Positions 1-12,040 of a stretch of DNA of 64,000 nt are shown here, piece after piece. The DNA is from Phaeosaccion multiseriatum (taxonomy: Eukaryota > Protista > Ochrophyta, other classes). A program made the translations under genes and the position numbers. The first letter of the stretch is position 1, and each line of letters opens with the position of its first letter. Location: the NCBI GenBank assembly GCA_965112735.1, contig OZ218958.1, positions 496,001 to 560,000 of the forward strand, read 5' to 3'. Below the pieces are notes generated by a model. It had not been told where the DNA came from. It ran no database searches and saw nothing but the letters and a program-made list of their open reading frames with translations.

Positions 1-1177
1 CTGCCCGCCCCCCCCCCCCCCCGTGTGGTCTGGCTTCTGCTGTCTGGCCTCTGACCGTGTCCTGTTGTTGCTGCTTTCGTTCATCAGCAGAGTGCACTCG
101 AGGTCCAGTGCAGAAGCAGCAGTTTCCTTGATGATCATCAGTAGCAAGAGCAGTGAGAACTGCCGGCCGACCCATGGAGTGCCATCTGCTTCGAGGCTCG
201 GTAAAGGCCATGGTGGAGGCTTGAGCTGCTGCAGCAGGGCCGTACAGACCAGCAGCACCACTGCCTCCACAGAAAAAGAAGGGAGAAGAGTTTATCATAT
301 CAGCGCCGGCTCCAGTAGCAGCGTGAGCTATAGTAGCGACAGCAGAAGACCGCAAGCGAAAGGGGAATGAAGGAGGGGAATCAGGCGGCAACAGCTGCAG
401 CAGCGGCGGCATGAGAGCGTTGATCTGCAGTGCGAAGCAAGATTAGAAGCAGGGACAGCAGCATCAGCAGCAGCGAGATCGACTCTGCTGCTGTATCCCT
501 CCTCTGCCGCAGCAGCTGACGCCAGCAAGGAGGGTGAGCGCCGCACGGTGTGGCTCTTGGGCAAGTCCGTCAGGCTCAAGGGGTCCGAGGAAAAGTGGGT
601 ACGTGATCGGCGAAAGGGGGCTCGCTTCTTACCTTCGCTCGTGCTGCAACTTGTCACCTTCTGCCCTCACCATCTCCTCTACCGCTGCACCTCTCTCTCT
701 CACTCACTTCAATTTCACTCACGCACACTCCCACCCAAGCACCCACCCGCTCACTCACGCACTCTCTCAATCAGTCAGTGAGTGACTCACTCACCCATTC
801 ACCTACGCAGTCGCTCAGTCACTCATTCAAACCCCAACAGCCCACTCAACTCACGAACGAACGAGCGAACGACGCACGCACCCACTCAGTCGCTCGTCAT
901 CCACTCAAATCGCTTGCTCACCAGCTCATTTAACGTACTCACCCCCCCCCTTCCCACCTCCCTCTCTCACCACCACCTGCCCATCCTCGGCGACGCTCAG
1001 GGCACCAAAATAGACGTCAAGTACCTGCGTGGGGTGAGCCAATGCATGGGCCCAGAACGAGCAGCCCACTGGGAGGGTTCCCCGAGACCGCTCCGAGTGT
1101 TTGCGGAAGGTGCCAGGCGGAGGCGTGCTTCAGCTACGAGCAATGCAACTACGATACAGACCTCACTCGCGTGTTGA
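1..1177 (+). pseudogene. Decayed inverted copy of the Tat/Cys-rich gene
   Basis: RRTVWLLGKS remnant with GTACGT donor near 599. Exon 3 at 1001 (GTKIDVKYLRGVSQCM) has a 1-nt insertion frameshift after CM. Confidence 0.85.
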
Positions 1178-1613
1178 CTGGGAGATGAGGGCATGAGATA
1201 AAAGAGAGAGAGACATAGAGAGGAAGAGAGAGGAGGCGTAGGCACACAGAGGATGTTGTACCCCGAGCAAGACCAGGAGTGCGTACCATGAATAGACGGA
1301 GACTCTGTACCGACTTGTGCTTGTGTGGAGACTTGTACCCCGAGTAACTGAGATTGTGGTCTCAGGACAAACGTGTACGTCTACGTTTCCATCACCACAG
1401 AAGACCCTCGCTGTCTCACGCCAGAAACGGAAGACACGAGTTTGTTTTGTAAAAGCCCTCATTCCTTTATTTACATATGGACAGTCGTCTCCCTTCAAGA
1501 GAGCGAAAGTAAGTCTAGCTATAGTCGTCTCCCTTCAAGAGAGCGAAAGTAAAAAGTCTAGCTATACTCTATGTCTAAGTTCCCTGGCAGCGTCACATAC
1601 GACAACGAACTCC

Positions 1614-2267
1614 TTAGTTCCATGTGTAGGCCTGTCCGAGGATGTCGTTGATAATGTAGGGGCGTCCGTTGAGCTGCTCGTGGACCATGAGGGCGAGGAT
1701 GCCCATCTGTGCGGCGCGGCCGTTGTTGAGCTCGATAGAGCGCTTGCGGCTCTGGGTCTCCTCGTCCCACGATGCCCAGGTGGAGTTCTCTCCGAACCTG
1801 TTCATGTCACCGGGGGTGGAGCCCTCCACCTGCTGCATGACGGCCAGCTCGAGGATGCCGATGAAGGCAACCAGCTGGGCAATACCGGCGGCGGGGATCT
1901 TAGAGAAGGCTGCCAGGCCGTTGGGCACGTCCGTGAACTTAATGTTCTCGGAGATGGACAGGTATCCGGGCAGGCGCACGTTCTGCTGCACAAGGTGACC
2001 AGCGATGGCAAGCATGGAGATGCGTCCGTGCTTCACCTCGACGTATCGGAGTCGGTCGAATCGCTCCTGGTCGGCGTCGTTCAGGAGTCCGAGGGGGTCG
2101 AAGAACCCCAGAGGGGCCTGTGCTCCCTCGGCGTCCTCGAAGGCCATCTTCATGCTGCTGGAGCTCTTGGGGGCCTTGGCAACCGCGCTGCCGGTGAAGG
2201 CGGTGGGTGCCACGAAGGCGGAGGCGCACCCGAGGGTGGCCATGGCGGCGATGCAAGCGGTCTTCAT
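1614..2267 (-). CDS. Lhcf: Fucoxanthin-chlorophyll a/c binding protein (LHCF/FCP), copy 1 (inverted)
   Basis: 217-aa ORF with signal peptide ending CASA|FVAP, FFDPLGL, helix-1 RYVEVKHGRISM and helix-3 IELNNGRAAQMG LHC motifs. Confidence 0.97.
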   Translation of the reverse strand: MKTACIAAMATLGCASAFVAPTAFTGSAVAKAPKSSSSMKMAFEDAEGAQAPLGFFDPLGLLNDADQERFDRLRYVEVKHGRISMLAIAGHLVQQNVRLPGYLSISENIKFTDVPNGLAAFSKIPAAGIAQLVAFIGILELAVMQQVEGSTPGDMNRFGENSTWASWDEETQSRKRSIELNNGRAAQMGILALMVHEQLNGRPYIINDILGQAYTWN

Positions 2268-2867
2268 CTTGTTTGGATAATCAAAGGGTAGATTGGAGTA
2301 AGGACGGGTGTGAAGATTGTGGGGGAAAGGGGGAAAAACATATTTAGCTGAAACTCATAGTGTTTTTTGGCGCCACGCCAAATTGATCACTGCAAGTCGT
2401 TAGGTGATGTCATGCACACTCACAGGCCTTGCTTCTAACAGCATTTGCTCGGCCACGGACAGAGGCACACGACTACGGACACAGCAGAAACGTCAAGCAC
2501 ACGCTTTGCACAGACTAAAGACGTAGAGGGTACAAGTAGGAGAGGGGGGAGGGGAAAGATACGTGAAAGATACCATGTTGACAGATTTCCGCGTTGACAT
2601 ATTTGATTGACGTCGCCCAGCGCCCTCGAGAGCCTCTTCCCTCCCACAACCAAATCGACACTTCCTCATCTTTCCTTTCCCACATAATCTCACCATCAAG
2701 TGAGTGCGCCACTGAAGGGAGGAGGGGGAGGGACGGCAAGGAGGAAGGGCGAGCAGCGAGGAAGAAGGATCAAGTGGTCTTATATTTTGTCAAGCGATTT
2801 GCATTCCCCTTCTCACCTCATCCTCCCCTTTCCCCCCCCTACCCCTTTCTTCTCTTCTCTCCGCAGC
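2268..2867. promoter_or_regulatory. Divergent promoter between FCP copies 1 and 2, with a TGACGT box on each strand
   Basis: TGACGT at 2608-2613 (+) and 2490-2495 (-). Candidate leader-intron GTGAGT donors at 2700 (+) and 2423 (-). Confidence 0.65.
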
Positions 2868-3521
2868 ATGAAGACCGCTTGCATCGCCGCCATGGCCACC
2901 CTCGGGTGCGCCTCCGCCTTCGTGGCACCCACCGCCTTCACCGGCAGCGCGGTTGCCAAGGCCCCCAAGAGCTCCAGCAGCATGAAGATGGCCTTCGAGG
3001 ACGCCGAGGGAGCACAGGCCCCTCTGGGATTCTTCGACCCCCTCGGACTCCTGAACGACGCCGACCAGGAGCGATTCGACCGACTCCGATACGTCGAGGT
3101 GAAGCACGGCCGCATCTCCATGCTTGCCATCGCTGGTCACCTTGTGCAGCAGAACGTGCGCCTGCCCGGATACCTGTCCATCTCCGAGAACATTAAGTTC
3201 ACGGACGTGCCCAACGGCCTGGCAGCCTTCTCTAAGATCCCCGCCGCCGGTATTGCCCAGCTGGTTGCCTTCATCGGCATCCTCGAGCTGGCCGTCATGC
3301 AGCAGGTGGAGGGCTCCACCCCCGGTGACATGAACAGGTTCGGAGAGAACTCCACCTGGGCATCGTGGGACGAGGAGACCCAGAGCCGCAAGCGCTCCAT
3401 CGAGCTCAACAACGGCCGCGCCGCACAGATGGGCATCCTCGCCCTCATGGTCCACGAGCAGCTCAACGGACGCCCCTACATCATCAACGACATCCTCGGA
3501 CAGGCCTACACATGGAACTAA
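2868..3521 (+). CDS. Lhcf: LHCF/FCP copy 2
   Basis: Same 217-aa protein. ATG at 2868 follows a 5'UTR intron 2700-2866 (GTGAGT...CCGCAG). Confidence 0.97.
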   Translation: MKTACIAAMATLGCASAFVAPTAFTGSAVAKAPKSSSSMKMAFEDAEGAQAPLGFFDPLGLLNDADQERFDRLRYVEVKHGRISMLAIAGHLVQQNVRLPGYLSISENIKFTDVPNGLAAFSKIPAAGIAQLVAFIGILELAVMQQVEGSTPGDMNRFGENSTWASWDEETQSRKRSIELNNGRAAQMGILALMVHEQLNGRPYIINDILGQAYTWN

Positions 3522-3909
3522 GGAGTTTGTTGTCGTATGTGACGCTGCCAGGGAACTTAGACATAGAGTATAGCTAGACTTTTTACTTTCGCTCTCTTGA
3601 AGGGAGACGACTGTCCACATGTAAATAGAGGAATGAGGGCTTTCAAAACAAAATTTTGTCTTCCTGTTTTTTCCCGTGGCGTGAGGTCTTCCGTTCGACG
3701 GTGGTGAGCCTGTTCTTGCTGTGGCGTGAGGGTCTTCTGTTCGACGGTGATGAACAAGTACACGTTGCCATGAACGCACACTCTCAGGCTCTACTCGGGG
3801 TACGCATCTATTCTGAAAGGATATCTGTGTCTACTGTAGACGCCTCTCCTCTCTCTTCCTCTCGATGTGTCTCTCCTCTCGGGCCCTCATCTGCCTACAA
3901 AAACAGGCG

Positions 3910-5860
3910 AAAAAAACACGCGAATGAGGTGTGTATTGTGGTTGCATTGCTCGTAGCTGAAGCCTCCGCCTGGCACCTTCCTAGACACTCGGAGCGGTCT
4001 CGGGGAGCCCTCCCAGTGGGCTGCTCGCATTGGGACATGCTCTGAATCACCCCACGCAGGTACTTGACGTCCTTCTTGGTGCCCTGAGCGTCGCCGAGGA
4101 GGGGCAGGTGGTGGTGAGGGAATGAGGGTGTGAGAGAGTGAGCGAGCGACTGAGCTGAGTGGGCGCGTGCGTGAGTGGGCGTGCGTGGGTGCGTGCGAGT
4201 GAATGAGTGAATGAGAGTGAGAGTGAGTGAGTACGTGAGAAGAGTGAGGGAGGAAGGGAGGGAGTGTGGGAGTGAGTGTGGGAGTGACTGAGGTGGGTGA
4301 GGGAGGGAATAAGTTAATTGGAGTGAGAGAGTGATGAGTGAAGTGAGGAGTGAGTGGGTGAGGAATGAGTGAGTGAGTGAGTGAGTGAGTGAGTGAGTGA
4401 GTGGTTGCGTGAGGGAGTGAGGGAGTGAGTGAGTAGGGGAGGGAGTGCTTGAGGGATTGAGTGAGTGAGTGAGTAGGGGGACGAGGTGAGTGAGCGAGTG
4501 AACAAGAGACTAAGTAGGTGCGTACGTGAGCGAGTGAGTGAGCGACTGAGTGAGCGACTGAGTGGGCGCATGCATGAGTGAGCGACTGAGTGGGCGCATG
4601 CATGAGTGAGTGAAGGAGTGAGTGGGCGTGTGCATGCGGAAGTGAGTCAGGGAGTGAGTGCGAGAGTACGTGCGTGAGTGAGCAGGGGAGTGAGTGTGTG
4701 AGAGTGAGTGAGCGAGTGAGTGAGTGAGTGAGTAAGCGGGGGCCTGCGTGGATGGATGCATGCGTGCGTGAGTGGGTGAGTGAGTAAAATCAGTATGTTA
4801 GTGAGGGACGCGAGGGAGCGTGAGTGAGTGAGTGAGTGAGTGAGTGGGGAAGTGAATGAGGTGAGAGAGGCACAACGTAGGGGAGAGGCAGGGGAGAGGA
4901 TAAAAGAAGGTCGAGGGAAAGGTATACTTAAGTGTGCCATGCTTCGCCATCACGTACCGACTTGTCCTATGCCCCCTTGAGCCTGAGGGACTCGCCCGAA
5001 AGCGACACCTGGGCCCTCCTGTGGTCGCAAGGAGAATGAATGGGCCCTCCTAGGGTCCCAAGGAGAATGAACGGGCCTGCTACAACTGCTGCCGCTGCTG
5101 CAGCTACACAATGCTGCCCCGCCCGCTTCAAGAAGCCTCGTCCACTAGCGCTGCTACGACCACTACTCATGCTTATGCTTGCTTGCTGGCTGCTGCAGGT
5201 GCTGCCCCCTACCCACTCCGATGATGCCCCTGCCGCCGCCGCTGCTACTGCTACTGCAGCTCACGCAGCAACTGGAGCTGGCACGGGCGTACACTATCCT
5301 CCCTTCTCCTTCTGTGGAGGCAGTGGTGCTACTGGCCGGAGCGGCCATGATGCAGCAGCTGAGGCCTCTAGAACGGCTCTCCTGAGCACGGGCCGCAGAT
5401 GACACTCCATGGACCGGACAGCGCTGGTCCTACGACTGTTCCTGCTGCTATTGCTGGGAGAGGGAGCTGCGATACTGCACTGGAACCCAAGTGCACTCTA
5501 CTAATGAGCTGAAGGCAGTCACACGCAGCAGCCTGTGCAGCAGCAGGACACATTCAGGTGCCAGGCAGCAGATGCCGGACGGCAGGGGAAGGGGAGGAGA
5601 AGGGATGAATGGCGTCATCCACTGCGGAAGACGTAAGTGTGCCTATTCCGTGCTGTCGCTGTTCGCTGCTGCCCTACATCTCGACACACAAGAGGATGAA
5701 GAGGCATCTTTAGTGGAGCAGAGCCACGGCAAAGAAGCAGCTGCAGCAGCAGTAGCAGCAGCAAAAACAGAGCAGCAGAAGCACTACCATTGTAGGCAGA
5801 GCGCTGTGCTTACTTACATGCACGTCGCAGGATGCCGAGCACCACGGCAGTGCGCTTAAT
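3910..5860 (-). pseudogene. Decayed copy of the Tat/Cys-rich gene (unit 2)
   Basis: Start codon is ATT at 5860, with indels in exon 2 and a deletion in exon 3. Confidence 0.85.
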
Positions 5861-7216
5861 CTGTCTACTCCAACGAAGCAGGCTAGGTCGATCAAGGTGA
5901 AGCAGCGGTTGGCACCGAAGAGTAAAAAGCAAGCACAGCCTGTTGCTCATCCTCTAGAGATGCCCCTAGAGGGCGAGATCCCTGTAGAGGGCATGTTACA
6001 AGCATCCGTTTCAACACAATAGACCCAAGTCAACGAAATGCGATGCTGTTTGATGGGAGAGGGGGGGGGTCGGAAGGCGAGGGAGACGGGCGGAGGTCGA
6101 AGGACAAGGGAGATGGCAGAGCGAGGCAACGGAGAGGGAGAAGGAGGTCAGAAGGTAAGGGAGAAGAAGGTCACAAGGTGCGGGAGAAGGAGGCTCAGAG
6201 GCAAAACCAGGCACAAGAAGATCCGTCTGGGGACGGGAGAAGGAGATCGGGAGGTGAAGCAGAGGGAAGGAAAGAGGAGGGAAGGGAGGGAGAGAGAAGG
6301 AGGTAGGGCGGCAGGGGAGAAGGAACAAGGAGGCCAGAGGGGAAGGGAGAGAGAGAACGGAGAGAGGGGGCAGAGGAGAATCAACGAGGAGGGAGGGGGG
6401 GGCGAGATGCCTGCATACCTGAGCTTCTCCATTCCTTTTGTTTTTCCTCCTACGCTCTTCCCCTCCATCTACTCTCCCCCGTGGCGGAATGGCGGAAGAC
6501 CTGCTGAACGCCGACACAAACAGCGAAGAGCAGACGAAGAGAGGAAGACCAAACGCAAACAAGCCCATGAGGAGCCGCAAGTGAGGGTTGGGCCTTCAAC
6601 CAATAGCAAAGAAGCGCGCGCGAGTGTAAATGCACGTCAGAAGGAAGCACAAAAGACAAGACGCTGAAGGTACTGCAGCGTATCCTCGGCATCCGCGCAT
6701 CCAGCGAGGACGGTAGCAGATCTTGAGCGGTACACCGGTAGGCAGCAACCGCACGCGGCATCGACAACACAGCACGTAGGACAGTACCAAGCGGTGGCAG
6801 CACTAACCAGAGCAGTGCCCCAGCCTGTGAAGAATGGACGACGAATCGCGACCAATAGACAGCCTCTCGCCACGCTTACCTCTTGCGCCCTTTGAAAGAA
6901 TCCTCTTCGAAGCCTCTAGCTCCCGCTGCCTCGCCCCGTGCCGACTTGTCCGTCCCTCCTTCTACTTGCTCCCCCTCCTCGTTCTCAATCCATTGCGTCG
7001 AGACGGCAGGAGAAAGGAAGGGCGAGTGAGAGATGGGAGGGGAGAGGCAAGAGAAGAGATGGTACTATACATGTGGGGAGGCCAAGACCCCGCCCTTTCC
7101 CCACCATCCTGGCCTTGTATAAGACCTGTTGCGAAGCGAAAACAGTGCCAGTTTCCTGTCACTTCGGGGCGGGTTTCCGGCGCTTGAGCGATATCCCGAG
7201 TTGGTTGACCAGGGCT

Positions 7217-7222
7217 TGACGT
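7217..7222 (+). promoter_or_regulatory. TGACGT (aureochrome/bZIP-type) box upstream of FCP copy 3
   Basis: Context GTTGAC-N6-TTGACGTCGCG, 87 bp before the leader-intron donor. Confidence 0.55.
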
Positions 7223-7477
7223 CGCGAGGGAACCAAACCAATGGGAACCACTAACCACAATCAAATCCACCTCCTCTCTTTCTTTTAAGACATCTTTACC
7301 ACCATCAAGTGAGTGCTGCAGTGCAGGGAAGAGGGGGAGGGGCGGCAGGGAGGAAGGGCGAGCAGCGAGGAAGAAGGATCAAGTGGTCTTTTATTTTGTC
7401 AAGCGATTTGCATCCCCCTTTCTCACCCAGTCCTCCCGTTTTCCCACCCTACCCCTTTCTTCTCTTCTCTCCGCAGC

Positions 7478-8131
7478 ATGAAGACCGCCTGCATCGCCGC
7501 CATGGCCACCCTCGGGTGCGCCTCCGCCTTCGTGGCACCCACCGCCTTCACCGGCAGCGCGGTTGCCAAGGCCCCCAAGAGCTCCAGCAGCATGAAGATG
7601 GCCTTCGAGGACGCCGAGGGAGCACAGGCCCCTCTGGGATTCTTCGACCCCCTCGGACTCCTGAACGACGCCGACCAGGAGCGATTCGACCGACTCCGAT
7701 ACGTCGAGGTGAAGCACGGCCGCATCTCCATGCTTGCCATCGCTGGTCACCTTGTGCAGCAGAACGTGCGCCTGCCCGGATACCTGTCCATCTCCGAGAA
7801 CATTAAGTTCACGGACGTGCCCAACGGCCTGGCAGCCTTCTCTAAGATCCCCGCCGCCGGCATTGCCCAGCTGGTTGCCTTCATCGGCATCCTCGAGCTG
7901 GCCGTCATGCAGCAGGTGGAGGGCTCCACCCCCGGTGACATGAACAGGTTCGGAGAGAACTCCACCTGGGCATCGTGGGACGAGGAGACCCAGAGCCGCA
8001 AGCGCTCCATCGAGCTCAACAACGGCCGCGCCGCACAGATGGGCATCCTCGCCCTCATGGTCCACGAGCAGCTTAACGGACGCCCCTACATCATCAACGA
8101 CATCCTCGGACAGGCCTACACATGGAACTAA
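7478..8131 (+). CDS. Lhcf: LHCF/FCP copy 3
   Basis: Same protein; 5'UTR intron 7309-7476. Confidence 0.97.
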   Translation: MKTACIAAMATLGCASAFVAPTAFTGSAVAKAPKSSSSMKMAFEDAEGAQAPLGFFDPLGLLNDADQERFDRLRYVEVKHGRISMLAIAGHLVQQNVRLPGYLSISENIKFTDVPNGLAAFSKIPAAGIAQLVAFIGILELAVMQQVEGSTPGDMNRFGENSTWASWDEETQSRKRSIELNNGRAAQMGILALMVHEQLNGRPYIINDILGQAYTWN

Positions 8132-8607
8132 GGAGTTTGTTGTCGTTTGTGACGCTGCCAGGGAACTTAGACATTGGTTATAGCTAGACTTTTTACTTTC
8201 GCTCTCTTGAAGGGAGACGACTGTCCACATGTAAATAAAGGAATGAGGGCTTTACAGATATTTCTCGTGTCTCTTTTGAGCAGAGGTCTTGTATTGAGTA
8301 GTACACTAGTGCGTTTTCCACCCTCTCTGTCGCTGCCCGGGGGTAAAGTCTCCATTTATGTACACACTGTCTCTACCTTAGCAGACTCCTAGTGTTTGCT
8401 CGTGTGTGTGGTACGCAAGGGTCTTCTATTGAACAGCCTCTCTGTCGCTGCCTGGGGATAAAAGTCTCCCATCTATGTACACACTGTCTTTTTCTCTGTA
8501 CTCCGTGTGTCTGCTCGGGTGTGTGGTAAACACACCCCTGTCTGTAAAATCCTCGTCAGTGTGCAACTTGTGCAATAGGACCCTCAGTATCTCTCCCCTC
8601 TCTTGTG

Positions 8608-10089
8608 TCATTGCTCGTAGCTGAAGCACGCCTCCGCCTGGCACCTCCCTAGACACTCGGAGCGGTCTCGGGGGAACCCCCCCCCGTGGGCTGCTCGCAC
8701 TGGGCCATGCTTTGAATCACCCCACGCAGGTACTTGACGTCCTTCTAGGTGCCCTGAGCGTCGCCAAAGAGGATAAGATGGTGAGGGGGGGGGGAGGTGA
8801 GTGCGTGAGTGAGTAGGAGTTGTGAGTGGGAGAGGGAGTGAGGGAGCAAGCAAGCGCCTGAGTGGATGAGTGTGCGCGTAAAGGGGGGAACTGGAGTGAG
8901 GATGGAGGAGTTGAGTGAGTGAGTTGAGTGAGTGAGTGAGTGAGCGAGTGAGTGCATGAGTGGGTGAGTGGTGCGTGAGTATGAGACGGGGTGAGCGAGT
9001 GACTGAGTGAGTGAGTGAGGGAGTGAGGGAGTGAGGGAGTGAAGTGAGTAAGTGAGTAAGTGAGTACGTGACTGGGTGAGTGAGCGAGAGGGTGCGTGAG
9101 TGGGTGGGTGGCTCGGTGCGTGAGTGAGTGAGAAAGTGAGTGACGTGCGAGAGGTGCACGGTAAAGGAGATGCAGGCGAGAGCATAAGGTGACAAGTTGC
9201 AGCATGAGCGAATGGTATTGAGCGTGCCACCCTTCGCCGTCACGTACCGACCTTACCTCGGACTCCCTGGGCGTGAGAGACTTGCCCGATAGCCACACCG
9301 TGCGTTGCTGGTGCCAGCTGCTGCCACAGCGGAAGGATGCGGCAGCAGAGTCGGCCCCGCTACAGCTGATGCAGCTGCTTTCCAACAATGCTGCTCCGCG
9401 CTTCAGGAAGGCTCGCCTACTCCTTCGGCTCCTTCCAACGGGCTCACCCATCCACCCACCCCCCTGGGCCCCTGGGTACTAGCGCTGAATGCTGCTACCG
9501 CTGTTTCTACTGTTGCTTCCCACCGCATACCAGCGCCATCTTGCCGCTACTGCGGCGGCTGCTGCCGCGGAGTCGCCACCCCACTTGCCCGCCTACTCCC
9601 TCCAGTGATGCCCCTGTCGCTCCTGGCGCTGTTGCTGTTGCTACTATAGCTCATGCTGCTACTGGAGCCGGCGCTGGTGTAAACTCTTCTCCCTTCTCCT
9701 TCTGTGGAGGCAGTGGTGCTGCTGGTCTGTACGGCCCTGCTGCAGAAGCTGAAGCCTCTACAACGGCCTTTTCCGAGCCTCGAAGAAGATGGCACTCCAT
9801 GGGTCGGCCGGCGGTGCCCCTGCTGCTGCCCTTGCTACTGATGATCATCAAGGAAACTGCTGCTTCTGCACTGGACCTCGAGTGCGCTCTGCTGATGAAC
9901 GAAAGTGGCAACAACAGGACATGGTCAGAGGCCAGACAGCAGAAGCCAGACCGCACGGGGGGGGGGGGGGCGGGCAGAATTGAAGAATTAGGTCATCTGA
10001 TGGAAGACGCGTGCTGTCCCTGCTGCTCTCCTTCTCGACACAAGAGCGTGAAGAGGCCTCTTAAATGGAGCAGAGCCACGGCAAGAAAA

Positions 10090-10120
<31 letters not shown>

Positions 10121-10212
10121 GCAGCAGAGCATCGTAGGTATGAATCAGAGGGACTCTACACGTACTCACATGCACGTCGCAAGACACCAAGCACAGCGGC
10201 AGGGCGCTTCGT
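8608..10212 (-). pseudogene. Decayed copy of the Tat/Cys-rich gene (unit 3)
   Basis: Start codon is ACG at 10212. Exon 3 is frameshifted in a homopolymer run and truncated after FSYEQ. Confidence 0.85.
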
Positions 10213-11774
10213 ATGTCCACTCCAATTAAGCACGCTGAGGCAGGCAGGTGAAGCCAAGCTAAGAAAAGAGAGCAAGCAGGGCCTCCTGCTCATCCTTTGG
10301 AGATGCCCGTAGAGGGCGAGATCCCTGTAGAGGGCCTGTCACAAGCACCAGTTTCAGTGTATCAGATCCGAATGAACGTAGTACCATGCCAATCGGATGG
10401 CAGAACGAACAGGAGGTGCGAAGACAACGGAGGAGGTGGGGGAGGAGGCAAGGGATAGGAAGGAGGAGCGAGGGTAGCAAGGGAGGGGGGGGGGGATCAG
10501 AACGCAAGGACAATAGAAGAAAGGAGGCCAGAGAGAAGGAGAAGAAAAGGAAGGAGGGAGGGAGGGAGAAGGCAAGGGAGAGGGAGCGAAGGAGGCAAGG
10601 GAATAGGAGATGAAGATGGAGAGGGAAGAGGGAGAGAAGACAAAAAGCGGAGCGGAGAGAGAGGCGAAGGAGGAGGAGAAGGAGGTCGGGAGGGAATGGG
10701 AAGAGCAGTAAGGATGTCGGGCGGCAACGAGAGGGGGGAAGGAGGTCGAGAGGCAATGAGAAGAGAAGGGAGAAGGAGGTCAGGCGGTAAGACGAAGAGA
10801 AGGAGGGGAAAGCAGGATGAGACCAGGGAGAGTGAGAGAGAGAAGGTCGGGAGGTGAAGAGAAGGGAGAAGGAGGTCGGAAGGTGAAGCAGAGGGGAGGA
10901 AAGGTGTTGAAAGGCGAGGGAGAGGGAAGGAGGTAGGGTGGCAGGGGAGAAGGAACAAGGAGGCCGGAGCGGAAGGGACAACAGAGAGGGGAGGCAGAGG
11001 AGAATCAACGAGGAGGGAGAGGGGGGGCGAGATGGCTGCGTACCTGAGCTTCTCCATTCCGTTTGTCTCTCCTCCTACGCTCTTCCCCTCCATCTACTCT
11101 CCCCCGTGGAAAAGATCTGGTGAAGGCCGACACAAACAGGGAAGAGCAGCAGAAGAGAGGAATAAGAGGCAAAAAACCCATGAAGAGCAGCAAGGGAGGG
11201 TTAGCCCTTCAGCCAATAACAAAGAAGCGCGCGCGAGTGTTAAATGCACGTCAGAAGGAAGCACAAAAGACAAGTCGCTGAAGGTACTGCAGCGTAGCGT
11301 TGGCATCCGCGCAGCCAGCGAGGACGGGAGAAGATGTTGTTCGGTACACCGGCAGGCTGCAACCGCACGCGGCAGCGGCACCACAGCACGTAGGACGGTA
11401 CCAAGCGGTGGCAGCACTAACTAGAGCAGTGCCCCAGCCTGCAAACAATGGATGACGAATCGCGACCAATAAACAGCCTCTCGCCACGCTTACCTCTTGC
11501 GCCCTTTAAAAATCTCTTCCTGTGTTCTCCCCCTCCGCGTTCTCAATCCATTGCGTCGAGACGGCAGAAGAAAGGAAGGGCGAGTGAGAGATGGGAGGGG
11601 AGAGGCAAGAGAAGAGATGGTACTATACATGTGGGGAGGCCAAGACCCCGCCCTTTCCCCACCATCCTGGCCTTGTACAAGACCTGTTGCGAAGCGAAAA
11701 CAGTGCCAGTTTCCTGTCACTTCGGGGCGGGTTTCCGGCGCTTGAGCGATATCCCGAGTTGGTTGACCAGGGCT

Positions 11775-11780
11775 TGACGT
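11775..11780 (+). promoter_or_regulatory. TGACGT box upstream of FCP copy 4
   Basis: Same context and similar spacing as copy 3. Confidence 0.55.
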
Positions 11781-12040
11781 CGCGAGGGAACCAAACCAAT
11801 GGGAACCACTAACCACAACCAAATCCACATCTCCTCCTCTCTTTCTTTTTAAGACATCTTTACCACCATCAAGTGAGTGCTGCAGTGCAGGGAAGAGGGG
11901 GAGGGGAGGCAGGGAGGAAGGCGAGCAGCGAGGAAGAAGGATCAAGTGGTCTATTATTTTTGTCAAGCGATTTGCATTCCCCTTCTCACCCCGTCCTCCC
12001 GTTTTCCCACCCTACCCCTTTCTTCTCTTCTCTCCGCAGC

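Larger units (their letters stand above)
1..5500. repeat. Inverted duplication: left arm (<=1-2267) versus right arm (2868-~5500), ~600-bp central spacer
   Basis: FCP CDS, 3'UTR and passenger exons 3 and 2 appear in mirrored order and orientation. The left arm runs off the window start. Confidence 0.85.

Noticed and set aside
2700-2867. N-terminal extensions of FCP ORFs in the ORF track (240-309 aa versions)
   Set aside because: They run through the 5'UTR intron from non-ATG starts, differ in frame between copies and would mask the signal peptide.
4130-4860. (GTGA)n tracts as telomeric repeats
   Set aside because: They sit inside intron 2 of the passenger-gene copies and are not TTAGGG-type.
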